DNA from: an uncultured Pseudomonadales bacterium
Lineage (GTDB): Bacteria > Patescibacteriota > Microgenomatia > UBA1400 > PJMF01
Assembly (NCBI GenBank): GCA_964607285.1
Contig: CAZSJW010000001.1
Span: 250,555-314,554 of the forward strand
Length of the DNA: 64,000 nt
Direction of reading: 5' to 3'
The notes beneath the pieces were generated by a model that saw only the letters and a list, made by a program, of their open reading frames with translations, was not told the origin of the DNA and ran no database searches. Made by a program: the position numbers and the translations under genes. Shown here piece by piece: positions 9,902 to 19,369 of the stretch (within the stretch, counting starts at the first letter, position 1; every line of letters starts with the position of its first letter).

Positions 9902-11124
9902 TATTTCCCTCTGTTAGGATTATTGAGCAGCTCTGTAAGGAAACTTGAATTATAGTATGTATCGCCCAATCCGATCCCTTTTGAAGGGATGTCCATAATA
10001 TAATACATAGATGCCCACTCAATGGGCAATGACTTTCGCAGTTCTGTTATGAATGCTTCCTTTTCCATATCTACTGCATGAAATGATGGATGGTTATCTG
10101 TTTTGCATTGGGCACTATATGACAATACTCCCATCTTTGGAATAATTGTCTTCAATGTACCTGAATACTCTGTCTTTTTGCTGAAATACCTGTTCGGTGC
10201 TAAGTTTAGCGCATTGTTGTTGATACTGCTAACAACGTGAGTTAGCTCGTCCTCCTTGAGTACTACACTTGTCGGCACAAAAATATCATCAACTGACACA
10301 TCCTCTTTGCCCATATACCCAACACCTCCAACAATTCCGATCTTTGAAATATTTGGATTCAGTAGTAACAATGCCTTGAATTGTTGAGTTGTCAACTCAA
10401 CACCCCATTGCAATTGCACGATACTTATTTTTTCACCCCGATATACAACATTTATAGCACGTACATATGCAGAATCTGAATCAAGTGACTCAACCTGTAA
10501 TTGAGTGTCAATAAAAACAAAAGTAAGACCAAAACTTTCTAAGTAAAATTTTTCAATCGAATCTAAATAATTTGGATCAAAATCTTTCAATCGAGCCGTT
10601 TCAACAGCAAGCAACATTGACTCAATCTTTTCCCAAGGCATTTCGGTGTTTTCTAACAACCAAATGGCGCGAAGATAAAAAAGCACACTTTCAACCCTCC
10701 CTATGAAAACCCTATCTGATATACCCCAATGAGCACAGATAGAGGAGTAATCTGAGACTTCATTTGTTATGCAAACATCAATTGCAGAAGAATGGTTTAG
10801 GTGCTTGAAAACAATTGCTAATGAACGCATGGTATGTACTAACACATCATTACTAGCAACTTCACAATACAGTTCATCAGCCTTACCATTACGAAAATAT
10901 TTCGGTTTGAATAAATGGTTATTTATACTGTTCTGAGTCCTCATTCGGACTAAGTACTGTGGAACTCTGTCAAATAATGTGGTTTTGAAGGTAATCTTTT
11001 TAACTTTTTTCAGCTCTTCCCATATTGGTGTGAGAGAACTATGGTAATCAATGTCACCAATACTCAAAACATGATCTGACGGTAGTGGGTACATGCTAGT
11101 TAAATCACTGTTTGTTTCAGACAT
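9862..11124 (-). CDS. Hypothetical protein with a C-terminal nucleoside phosphorylase / MTA-SAH nucleosidase-like (PNP_UDP_1) fold and an unknown N-terminal ~180 aa
   Basis: GEKISIVQLQWGVELTTQQFKALLLLNPNISKIGIVGGVGYMGKEDVSVDDIFVPTSVV parallels the MTAN core (SGIGKVAAA...LI..F.PD.VINTGSAGGL...GDVVVS). Later HAVDMEKEAF...YYIMDIPS parallels AVEMEA.A......VVRAISD. This is from memory of the family, not a search. Confidence 0.45.
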   Translation of the reverse strand: MSETNSDLTSMYPLPSDHVLSIGDIDYHSSLTPIWEELKKVKKITFKTTLFDRVPQYLVRMRTQNSINNHLFKPKYFRNGKADELYCEVASNDVLVHTMRSLAIVFKHLNHSSAIDVCITNEVSDYSSICAHWGISDRVFIGRVESVLFYLRAIWLLENTEMPWEKIESMLLAVETARLKDFDPNYLDSIEKFYLESFGLTFVFIDTQLQVESLDSDSAYVRAINVVYRGEKISIVQLQWGVELTTQQFKALLLLNPNISKIGIVGGVGYMGKEDVSVDDIFVPTSVVLKEDELTHVVSSINNNALNLAPNRYFSKKTEYSGTLKTIIPKMGVLSYSAQCKTDNHPSFHAVDMEKEAFITELRKSLPIEWASMYYIMDIPSKGIGLGDTYYNSSFLTELLNNPNRGKYYCFEKIIGFLVN

Positions 11125-11230
11125 TTTTACCCCTATATGTATGTATTAAAATATATATTACGGTATCATTTATACACACCCAGTGTGTATTATACAGTAT
11201 GATTTAAAATATGGTGAATATAGGTAAGAG

Positions 11231-12079
11231 CTACATTCTCTTTCTTGCAACTAGAATCATATTTGGTGTAGATGTAAAAATCCTAATTAGTTTTTGCTTC
11301 AAAGATGCTGGGTCATTAATGTTCTTATATACTTCCTTCTCATTCGTACTAAGAACAACGTCAAATCCAAACGAATTAAGCATAACTTCCATTCCTACCT
11401 TTGTATAGGTAATAACATGTCCCTCATCTTGTAAAAACGGCGTCTTTAAACCAGCTAATCGGGCACCAAATCCGCCGACATCACCCGTATCGATTAATAA
11501 AAAGCCACCAGGACTTAGTAGTTTATTTATATGCAGCAATGCTAACTTTGGATTGGCAATATGCTCAATCACATCAGTCATAGTGATAAGGTTGATATCT
11601 GTTTCAGAAAATGGGGCTAGGACGGCTGGATCACAAATGTCACCACAAACAACTTTATCTAGTCGATTTTGCGCAATCTGGCAATCAGCCTCCGAGATTT
11701 CAATACCTGAAGAAAATTGTAGATTCAGTTGCCGTGAGATGCGGGATGCTAACATACCGATTCCACAACCAATGTCTAGCATTGAATCAATTTTCGCACC
11801 AGAATTTAAAAACTTTTGAATTAATTTAATATAGAATTCTGTATGGGCATCTCTCATCTCTTCATACGAATCAATATCAGACCACCTACGCAAGCCACCC
11901 GCATAGAAACTTTTTAATTCTTCATTTGTCGGAAGTGGATTGGCATAAATGCTACCACAAGCCGCACATTTACTCATACTGAGACCCATATTTTTTTCAA
12001 CAACGCCAATATGACTACCAGATACCGAAGCACAAACTGGGCATGAGGATTTTTCTTGTTCTGTAAGTAATCTTTTCAT
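11231..12079 (-). CDS. SAM-dependent methyltransferase with an N-terminal Cys4 zinc-ribbon
   Basis: CPVCAS...CAACGS zinc ribbon. Motif I MLDIGCGIGML and motif LSPGGFLLIDTGD. Confidence 0.65.
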   Translation of the reverse strand: MKRLLTEQEKSSCPVCASVSGSHIGVVEKNMGLSMSKCAACGSIYANPLPTNEELKSFYAGGLRRWSDIDSYEEMRDAHTEFYIKLIQKFLNSGAKIDSMLDIGCGIGMLASRISRQLNLQFSSGIEISEADCQIAQNRLDKVVCGDICDPAVLAPFSETDINLITMTDVIEHIANPKLALLHINKLLSPGGFLLIDTGDVGGFGARLAGLKTPFLQDEGHVITYTKVGMEVMLNSFGFDVVLSTNEKEVYKNINDPASLKQKLIRIFTSTPNMILVARKRM

Positions 12080-12082
12080 CTT

Positions 12083-13489
12083 TTACTTTCTTAGTTGAAT
12101 GATAGTATACGAAATGTTGTCAACTGTAGTGGTAGAGTAGATCGTAAATCTCCCAAAAACTCTCTCGAAAATACCGATAAATTTTGTTTGGAATGATTGT
12201 TCAATTACACAAAAGCACTTTCCTTTGTTTTCAAGTTTTGACCTAATGCCTATAAAAAAGTCAAGTAAGACTGGTATATCCAAGTGATACGGTGGATTGC
12301 TTAAAATTAAATCATACTTGCCTGCTATGTCTTCTTTAATATTTCCGGCATTCAATACTTGAACTCTTTCTGATAAGCCGAGCTTTTGAACATTCTGTTC
12401 AGCAACGTCAATTGCTCGCCTACTACTATCAATCAAATCCACCTGAGCTGCAGGAAAGTATTGTGCTGCAGTACAACCGATGACTCCCCAGCCACAGCCA
12501 GCATCTAGTATTTTTTTTGGTGTATCATCATTATTTTTGAAGATTGGAAGAACAGTCTCTAAAAGATACCTAGAGCCAAGATCAAGATTATTTTTTGAAA
12601 ATAGACCATGTTCAGTCTGGTAATTTGATTCAAGTCCAAAGATAGAAACAGGAACTTGTGGAGCTGAAAGTGACTGCACCAAATCTTGATCAGATACAAT
12701 ACGTTCAGCAGCAAAAACTCTGTAACCGCCCCTACCTGTGAAAATATGTGAGAATTGCTCTGAGCCAAAAACCTCAGAAACTATTTTTGCATGACGCGGT
12801 GCCCCACTCTTATTATGGGTTACAACATACAGTTTACCCCCAATCTTTAGTGATGCATACGCCGTTAAAATATAGTCACGAATTGCATCTAATCCTACAT
12901 GGGAGGGTGGTCTGAGTATCACAACATCATACTCGCTTCCAAGTGTATTCCCAGCAACGCAAAATGCGTTGCAAATTGGCAAAGTTTCCATTGTGTCCAT
13001 ATTTGCATCTAGATTCCTCTCAATAAGCCTAGTGTTGGATTCATCATCATCATATAAATAGATGCTTGCCATAGGATTTCTAGCGGCCAACAAAATGCCC
13101 ATTGATCCATTCCCAGCGTTCAATACAAGTGCCTTGGATTTTTCAGGAATAGGGATGGTTTTTAATGCGACTTCAGTTGTTAAATCTCGACCAAAATCGG
13201 TACAGACTTTGTCTCCAGTTAAACAAGCATAAATTTTTGCTGATACATCTAATATTGAAAGTACTGGCAACTCTTTCTGCTTTCGATTAAAAATCTCGCC
13301 AGTGTTACGCTCAGTTTTATTTCTACCAGAAAACGTATCAATTGGATCAACATCAGCATCAGAACTAAAAGTGTCTTGTGTTAGCAATTCACCGTAAGTA
13401 GCATCACTAACAACCTTTTCAAAGTCGTCATCGTTCTCGAAACTCCATGTTCTACCTTTTTTTTTGTTTGTTTCAAAAAAAAGTGTCAT
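12083..13489 (-). CDS. Tandem-domain SAM-methyltransferase, RsmC/RlmG-like (methyltransferase small domain) with a ~110-aa N-terminal extension
   Basis: C-terminal domain has VLDAGCGWGVIG and DLILSNPPYH (the NPPY amino-methyltransferase motif). The N-terminal domain is a degenerate copy (LVLNAGNGSMG ... VVILRPPSH). This is the RsmC/RlmG active-plus-inactive architecture. Confidence 0.55.
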   Translation of the reverse strand: MTLFFETNKKKGRTWSFENDDDFEKVVSDATYGELLTQDTFSSDADVDPIDTFSGRNKTERNTGEIFNRKQKELPVLSILDVSAKIYACLTGDKVCTDFGRDLTTEVALKTIPIPEKSKALVLNAGNGSMGILLAARNPMASIYLYDDDESNTRLIERNLDANMDTMETLPICNAFCVAGNTLGSEYDVVILRPPSHVGLDAIRDYILTAYASLKIGGKLYVVTHNKSGAPRHAKIVSEVFGSEQFSHIFTGRGGYRVFAAERIVSDQDLVQSLSAPQVPVSIFGLESNYQTEHGLFSKNNLDLGSRYLLETVLPIFKNNDDTPKKILDAGCGWGVIGCTAAQYFPAAQVDLIDSSRRAIDVAEQNVQKLGLSERVQVLNAGNIKEDIAGKYDLILSNPPYHLDIPVLLDFFIGIRSKLENKGKCFCVIEQSFQTKFIGIFERVFGRFTIYSTTTVDNISYTIIQLRK

Positions 13490-13628
13490 ATTAAATCCTA
13501 ATTAGTTTTTATATAAGACTCGTTCATTATAGTTCACATCATGAATATGTCAATATAAATAATTATTGCGATATTAATTTATACGTATATAATACACACA
13601 GTATACACAGAATTCAGTAAGTCAAGCA

Positions 13629-14900
13629 ATGTCAATTGAAAAAAAAAGAAATCTGTTATTCGTAACTAGAGACTTTAGTTACCCTGGTGGAACTGAACGC
13701 TTTTTTATTGACTTAGTGATTCATGCATCTCGATTCTCAGATTTCACTGTTCACACGCTCGATACAGAAGGCACAGGAATCTTCAACCCTGACACACATC
13801 AAGAGATGGAAAGTGCTGGAGCAAAGGTAATACGCACAAGAAATCATGGAAATCAGTTTTGGGACATATACAGAGCAAAGCAACTAGTTGATATTATCGA
13901 AAAAAGAAACATCGATATTGTCCATTCAGCACTATTTAATCCAGATTTTATAGTACTTTTAGCAAAACTTGGTTCAAAACAAGTTCGTCCATTGCTTGAG
14001 AGTTTTAGTTGCTACAAGCGTCTCCTGCAGATTTGTCCCGAGATTACGGATGCAGATGAGAACACACCTTCAACAAAATTATTTAAGTGGGTCTCCACAA
14101 AGTTTTGCTCATTCTCAGTAGCACTTGAAGAAAATACTCCTGCGTGGACAGTTCGTAAAAAAATTATTGACCACAAGCTGGAACCAATAGTCTCTACCCA
14201 TGCTGATATAAGTCAGCTTGTCTCAAGCAACCAATTTAAAAAATGGCGCAATTGGTCTGAATCTACCGAACTAACTCCCTGTTGTTCACTTGGAGAAAAG
14301 GACCTGATCTACATTGAATCATTAAAAGAACAAAGAAACCAGCTAAGATTAGAACTACATCTATCAGATGCTTGTAAAGTATTTTGTACAGCATCGCGGC
14401 TAGTCCCCGGAAAAGGATTAGAACTTCTAGTGGAGTCTTTCTTAGAACACATTCGCAACCATCCTCAAGATATATTAATAATTGCAGGCTCGGGGCAGAT
14501 TGAAGAACAACTAAAGCAAATGGCTGGCAACCATCCCAATATATTTTTTACTGGGTTTATACCGAGAGAAGAGCTCTTTAAAATTTTCATAGCTTCAGAT
14601 GTAGGACTTTTACTTTCAGAATCTGAAGGATTACCTCTGTCCATACAAGAGATGATGGGATGCTCATTGCCTGTTATTGCTACAAATGTCGGAGGTATCC
14701 CAGAGCTAGTAAACTCAAAAAATGGAATTCTAGTTGAACCAAATAATACGATACAAATAAAGCATGCCTTTAATAAAATAGTGGCATATTCAGATGAACA
14801 ACTTGCAGAGCTTGGTTCAAACTCATTAAAAAAAATTGAGCGAAATTTCATCAAAGAGCGTGTTTTTACAAAAATATTACAGTCCTATGAACAAAGCTGA
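13629..14900 (+). CDS. Glycosyltransferase family 4
   Basis: SESEGLPLSIQEMMGCSLPVIATNVGGIPELV is the GT4 E-x7-E region. 423 aa. Confidence 0.7.
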   Translation: MSIEKKRNLLFVTRDFSYPGGTERFFIDLVIHASRFSDFTVHTLDTEGTGIFNPDTHQEMESAGAKVIRTRNHGNQFWDIYRAKQLVDIIEKRNIDIVHSALFNPDFIVLLAKLGSKQVRPLLESFSCYKRLLQICPEITDADENTPSTKLFKWVSTKFCSFSVALEENTPAWTVRKKIIDHKLEPIVSTHADISQLVSSNQFKKWRNWSESTELTPCCSLGEKDLIYIESLKEQRNQLRLELHLSDACKVFCTASRLVPGKGLELLVESFLEHIRNHPQDILIIAGSGQIEEQLKQMAGNHPNIFFTGFIPREELFKIFIASDVGLLLSESEGLPLSIQEMMGCSLPVIATNVGGIPELVNSKNGILVEPNNTIQIKHAFNKIVAYSDEQLAELGSNSLKKIERNFIKERVFTKILQSYEQS

Positions 14901-15807
14901 ATCAAAAAATCACATTTTCTTTGAACCGCACAGAGATGACTTACTATTGACGTTTGGTGGCAGACTTATTGAATTGCTTGAAAAAGGTGAAAGTGTCACG
15001 AATCACCTAATCTATGGTCGTGATGGTTTCATAAGACCAGCTTTTCTAAGGAAGTTGAGTGAAAGGGATGCGGAAACCCACGCATACCTAAAAAACATTT
15101 CTCAATACACTGGAAAAGAAGAAATATACGATTGGATCGTAACAAATCTGCAGAGCCAATCCATAGATCGGCTAGATTCTGAGTCTATTACTGATATAGG
15201 CATAGCCATTCGACTTATTGAAGAGCGGGCATGCATGCAGTACCTCGGGGTACATCTGATAGAGCACGATCAACCATGTGCATACCCACTCCGTGGATAT
15301 AAAACTTTCAATGAAGACAATCCAACTGACATAGCAACTCAAACCGAACTACAATTTCATCAAATTGTCTTGCCAGCTGTTTTATCTGGAAATCTTAACA
15401 GTCAATATTACTTCTTATCAGGAATTGGTGGCCACCCTGATCACAGAATCCTTGCTGCTTCGGGAACTAAGGTTGCTCAATACACAAACAAAGATCAGTC
15501 TGTTTCTTTTGGTCAGGATTTACCCTATGCCGCAGTACTTGAGTGGTTTAGAAGATCAGACCTTGCATTGGAACAATTCGATATACAATACACCGATATA
15601 TCACACACTTTATTACAAAAAATTGATTTGCTAGAACGCTTTTACAAGTCACAGCTATCACCAGAAGATCTTCGCGTAGTAGAAATGTTTCACAGATCAA
15701 TCGTAAACTTGATGAGCAGGGAGTACTGTACGGACATACTAGCAAAACAAGGCATAGAGATTGATAAGGTTACCGCAATTGAATGCAGATATGGAACACA
15801 TGCATAA
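14887..15807 (+). CDS. PIG-L/LmbE-like deacetylase (putative)
   Basis: FFEPHRDDLLL is a degenerate HPDDE motif, and GIGGHPDHRIL is the H-x-D-H motif. Start chosen at the ATG at 14887 (14-nt overlap); the ORF track starts at 14836. Confidence 0.4.
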   Translation: MNKAESKNHIFFEPHRDDLLLTFGGRLIELLEKGESVTNHLIYGRDGFIRPAFLRKLSERDAETHAYLKNISQYTGKEEIYDWIVTNLQSQSIDRLDSESITDIGIAIRLIEERACMQYLGVHLIEHDQPCAYPLRGYKTFNEDNPTDIATQTELQFHQIVLPAVLSGNLNSQYYFLSGIGGHPDHRILAASGTKVAQYTNKDQSVSFGQDLPYAAVLEWFRRSDLALEQFDIQYTDISHTLLQKIDLLERFYKSQLSPEDLRVVEMFHRSIVNLMSREYCTDILAKQGIEIDKVTAIECRYGTHA

Positions 15808-17059
15808 AGAACAACTTCACCTTGTGTTTCCAGGCCTGCATGCAGAGAACTTTAACAAAGATTCTGGTGGTATCCAACTGGCTGAGGTAAACTTCGCCCA
15901 ATCATACGCAGAAATGCAACTACCAATAACTACATATGTTGGTTCGAAAACTACAAGGAGTCGTAAACACTCAAGTGGTGTACAGATTGAACATGTTTCT
16001 CTTGGTCTTAACGAACCACAGGGAGGAATTACTGACTCTGAAACATTCTGCCTTTCCACTGTAACAAAGTTGGTTACAGCAACCTATGGCCAACCAGATA
16101 ACATAGTTCATTTTACAAGTGTTGGTGCCGCAATGAACTTTTTTACTGACCCAATTAATTACCTACGAAGAAAACAAGGTGGGCCCCAAACTGTATACAC
16201 GTTGCACAACTACCATTACGCAATCGCTAACAAACCATATGATGTTTTTGAGAGCTACCCAACTGAATGGCAATTTCTTCATGAACAGGAATCAAAAGTA
16301 ATATCCTCTGCAGATGCTGTCTGGGTAACAAATCCCACTATTGCTGCTGAACTGTCAAGGCGTTTCTCTCGTAATATACAGTACGCTCCAAACACCATAG
16401 GATCCATTGAAAATCATCACATAAAATCTGTAAAAACGGACTTTATGATATTCACTACTATGTGCCGTCTTGCTAAAGAAAAAAATATCAAACGAACCAT
16501 TGAAGCATTTTTATTGCACGCTAAACAACATCCCGATGCACGACTACTGGTCGCAGGTTCTGGAGAAGAAGATCAAGCACTCTGTGAGTATCTTGATTCA
16601 ATACATTGCGCTTTTACCAGGAGAGGGCAGGAATCAATCAAAAACACAATACAACTATTGAATCAATTCAAAATAATATTTTTGGGGCAAGTTAAGGCTG
16701 CTGAAAAAAGACAGGTATGGCAAGTTACTGACCAATTTATTCTTCCTTCTTTGAGAGAGGTAAGTCCCTTAGTAGGGTTAGAAGCAATGATGTATGGAAA
16801 ACCCATTATTGGCAGTGACATCCCAGGTTGGGCCGACTATAAAAATGAGGGAGCACCAGTAGCCACACCTGATCCAGCATCAACTGAATCCATTGCTGCA
16901 GCAATGGATATCATGAGTCATCTTACAACAAAAGAATTTGAAAAAACTGCTAATACTGCTAGAAGCACCTATGATAAATATCATGCCCCAAATGTTGTGG
17001 TCCCAAAAAGGCTCGAACTCTACAAACTGGTAAAAAATAATTCGCAAGCAGAATTATGA
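15791..17059 (+). CDS. Glycosyltransferase, GT4-like
   Basis: VSPLVGLEAMMYGKPIIGSDIPGWADY. Start chosen at the in-frame ATG at 15791; the track starts at 15761 and 15800 is another candidate. Confidence 0.55.
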   Translation: MEHMHKEQLHLVFPGLHAENFNKDSGGIQLAEVNFAQSYAEMQLPITTYVGSKTTRSRKHSSGVQIEHVSLGLNEPQGGITDSETFCLSTVTKLVTATYGQPDNIVHFTSVGAAMNFFTDPINYLRRKQGGPQTVYTLHNYHYAIANKPYDVFESYPTEWQFLHEQESKVISSADAVWVTNPTIAAELSRRFSRNIQYAPNTIGSIENHHIKSVKTDFMIFTTMCRLAKEKNIKRTIEAFLLHAKQHPDARLLVAGSGEEDQALCEYLDSIHCAFTRRGQESIKNTIQLLNQFKIIFLGQVKAAEKRQVWQVTDQFILPSLREVSPLVGLEAMMYGKPIIGSDIPGWADYKNEGAPVATPDPASTESIAAAMDIMSHLTTKEFEKTANTARSTYDKYHAPNVVVPKRLELYKLVKNNSQAEL

Positions 17060-18186
17060 CGGAGAAGAAATATTTAAACATGAACCTAATGGCTGTTTGT
17101 GGGACAGTGTATCGCAGGGCATCTGATGAAGCTAGTTCATCAGGCTCAGATGTAGCCCTGGAACAACAATTAGATGATTTTTCACAGCATGTTGGCCAGA
17201 TATCTGCTGTATCGCTTGAAAAGACTGGTTTACCTCAAGTTGAAAAAATTGCCAAAAATATAACCGTCTATAGAGTGGCTGATGAATTGATCCCCCAAGC
17301 AATGCGCACAGTTCATGATTTACTTCACAAAGGTAGAACTGATGCAGTAATCGCTCAAGTTATGCACATGGACGTTGCCCTCAAAACTGCAAAAGATTTA
17401 CAAATCAAGACAATTTTCAATCAGCATGACTTTGACGTTTTGCCGAGCATGGGAAAGGGCGGTGAAATTGAACCTACTTTATTTCTGGCTCCAAGCCGTG
17501 CTGTTGCGGAGAGAATAGCAGAAGTGGCTGGCAAAGAAGCAATAATTTATCCAAACAGATTTGCAAATTTGCATGAAATCATAGGAAGTGACACTATTCA
17601 ACAAAAATATGACGTTCTAATGTTTAACCCAAATACGCTAAAGGGTGGCAATATATTTGTTGAACTTGCGAAACGTTTTCCTGAACTTCAGTTTGCCGCA
17701 GTTGAAGGATGGACCGATCTCAAAACCGGTGGAGTTTTTGATCTTCCTCTTATGCAAATCATGGCTCGGTCTTATAGTGGTGATGCTACTGCTGTCCAAA
17801 TCCCAGAAGAACCATCCTTTACTGACATAAAAAATCTAACTGTTTTGCAACCTCAAAAAAGGGTTGGTGACTTGATAAAGGCAGCGAGGCTGGTGCTAGC
17901 CCCTTCTCAATGGGAAGAGGCGTTCGGAAGAGTGATTGTGGATGCAGGTTTAAACAACAGACATATTATTGCTAGTAATATTGGTGGAATACCAGAGGCA
18001 ATGACTGTTGCGGGAATGCCAATTGAGACTCACCCACAACTTTTAGTGGACGATTACACAAACATTGAAGCATGGATTACCGCACTACGCTTCTTTTTAC
18101 AAAATGAGACTAAACTGCCTAAACCAGAGCCAAAATTACCAACACCAAATATTACAGCAGTCTTAGATTACCTAGTAAATAACTAA
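17056..18186 (+). CDS. Glycosyltransferase, GT1-fold (GT4-like)
   Basis: EEAFGRVIVDAGLNNRHIIASNIGGIPEAM. Start overlaps the upstream stop by 4 nt. Confidence 0.5.
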   Translation: MTEKKYLNMNLMAVCGTVYRRASDEASSSGSDVALEQQLDDFSQHVGQISAVSLEKTGLPQVEKIAKNITVYRVADELIPQAMRTVHDLLHKGRTDAVIAQVMHMDVALKTAKDLQIKTIFNQHDFDVLPSMGKGGEIEPTLFLAPSRAVAERIAEVAGKEAIIYPNRFANLHEIIGSDTIQQKYDVLMFNPNTLKGGNIFVELAKRFPELQFAAVEGWTDLKTGGVFDLPLMQIMARSYSGDATAVQIPEEPSFTDIKNLTVLQPQKRVGDLIKAARLVLAPSQWEEAFGRVIVDAGLNNRHIIASNIGGIPEAMTVAGMPIETHPQLLVDDYTNIEAWITALRFFLQNETKLPKPEPKLPTPNITAVLDYLVNN

Positions 18187-19265
18187 TGCAAGAAAAAATT
18201 AAGATTGGGTACGACCCAATCTACAATTACTATCCAACGCACCACGGCGAAATTATTAGAAGTACTCAAAATGACTTCGAGTGGAAGAGTATACCTGGAA
18301 TGGTTCAAAATCATTATGAGGAATCACTTCTATCCGACTCAGCAGATGAAAGAGTGCGTTTCATTAGCGGTGGGACACTTGCCGCTGATGCGTGCGATTG
18401 GGTTTTCTCACCACACATTTTGCCTCTAAATCCTGAACAAAATAATAAAGTTGCTATGGAGATAGAGGCAATTGGCTGGCTGTTTGGCGATACGTATGAG
18501 GAAGTTTCTCAACCAGTTCCACAATGGAAGATCGATATATTTTGTAGAGCTATCATGAATCCATCACTTGTAAAAATATGCTGGCAAAGCCAGTCTGCAT
18601 ACGCTCAATTTACTGAGTTTCAGGTAATCTACAAATTGCCTACTGATGTCACAGAAAAAATTATGAGTATCAGCTCGGTGTTGCTACCAGGCTCAGCCAT
18701 CACTGAGAAAAAGACACCTGACACTTCTGGTAATCACCTGCTTGCCACATGTACCACTGATAATTTCTTTAGAAAGGGGGGTGATGTTTTAGTTACACTT
18801 GTAGAGCTATTAACAAAATTGAATGTACCTCCCTGGAGTCTATCAATAGTCGGTAGCATGCCTAATGAGTTTATTAAGCGTATTTCAGCTGATAACGTAC
18901 ACATCTATCAATCAACCGATTTTAAAGGATTTCAAAAAAGACTTGATTCTGCAGATGTTTTTCTATTCCCTTCCCGTGCTGATTCATTTGGTTTAACTGC
19001 GATGGAAGCAATGAACCATGGTCTGTACGTACTATCAACAAGTGGAAAAGCCGTATTAGCTACAAAAGAGTTCCTATCAGACTATCCAAATCATCAAATT
19101 ATTGAAAGTAAGGGTCATGACGGCACTTACGATATTCTAGACGAGCAGCTTTTCTGTACTGCTGTAATTTCCTTACTTCAAAATCCTATCAAGTTGCAAA
19201 GCTTCGACTCTCCATGCAACCTTGCGAGGTTGCGAAAAGATGTGCTCTCCGTTTTTAGTAGTTGA
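18186..19265 (+). CDS. Glycosyltransferase, GT4-like
   Basis: PSRADSFGLTAMEAMNHGLYVLSTSG. Confidence 0.55.
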   Translation: MQEKIKIGYDPIYNYYPTHHGEIIRSTQNDFEWKSIPGMVQNHYEESLLSDSADERVRFISGGTLAADACDWVFSPHILPLNPEQNNKVAMEIEAIGWLFGDTYEEVSQPVPQWKIDIFCRAIMNPSLVKICWQSQSAYAQFTEFQVIYKLPTDVTEKIMSISSVLLPGSAITEKKTPDTSGNHLLATCTTDNFFRKGGDVLVTLVELLTKLNVPPWSLSIVGSMPNEFIKRISADNVHIYQSTDFKGFQKRLDSADVFLFPSRADSFGLTAMEAMNHGLYVLSTSGKAVLATKEFLSDYPNHQIIESKGHDGTYDILDEQLFCTAVISLLQNPIKLQSFDSPCNLARLRKDVLSVFSS

Positions 19266-19334
19266 TTGTTTTATCAATCATTCTTTTACCCTCTTTACAG
19301 AGGTTGTTTTTTTTGCCATACTCCATCTATTAAC

Positions 19335-19353
19335 AAAATGGTAAAAAATGGTA
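19335..19353 (+). promoter_or_regulatory. Tandem direct repeat AAAATGGTA / AAAAATGGTA with 10-bp period; putative MraZ operator
   Basis: caAAATGGTAaAAAATGGTAttcc lies 17-35 nt upstream of the mraZ ATG. MraZ is known to autoregulate via short direct repeats at its own promoter. Confidence 0.3.
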
Positions 19354-19369
19354 TTCCAGCCTAATAAAT

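Noticed and set aside
14465-14854. 129-aa minus-strand ORF inside the GT4 gene. Other short in-gene ORFs at 396-584, 1737-1934, 2923-3245, 3970-4430 and 4743-5027 fall in the same category.
   Set aside because: These are shadow ORFs overlapping confidently assigned genes on the opposite strand or in another frame.
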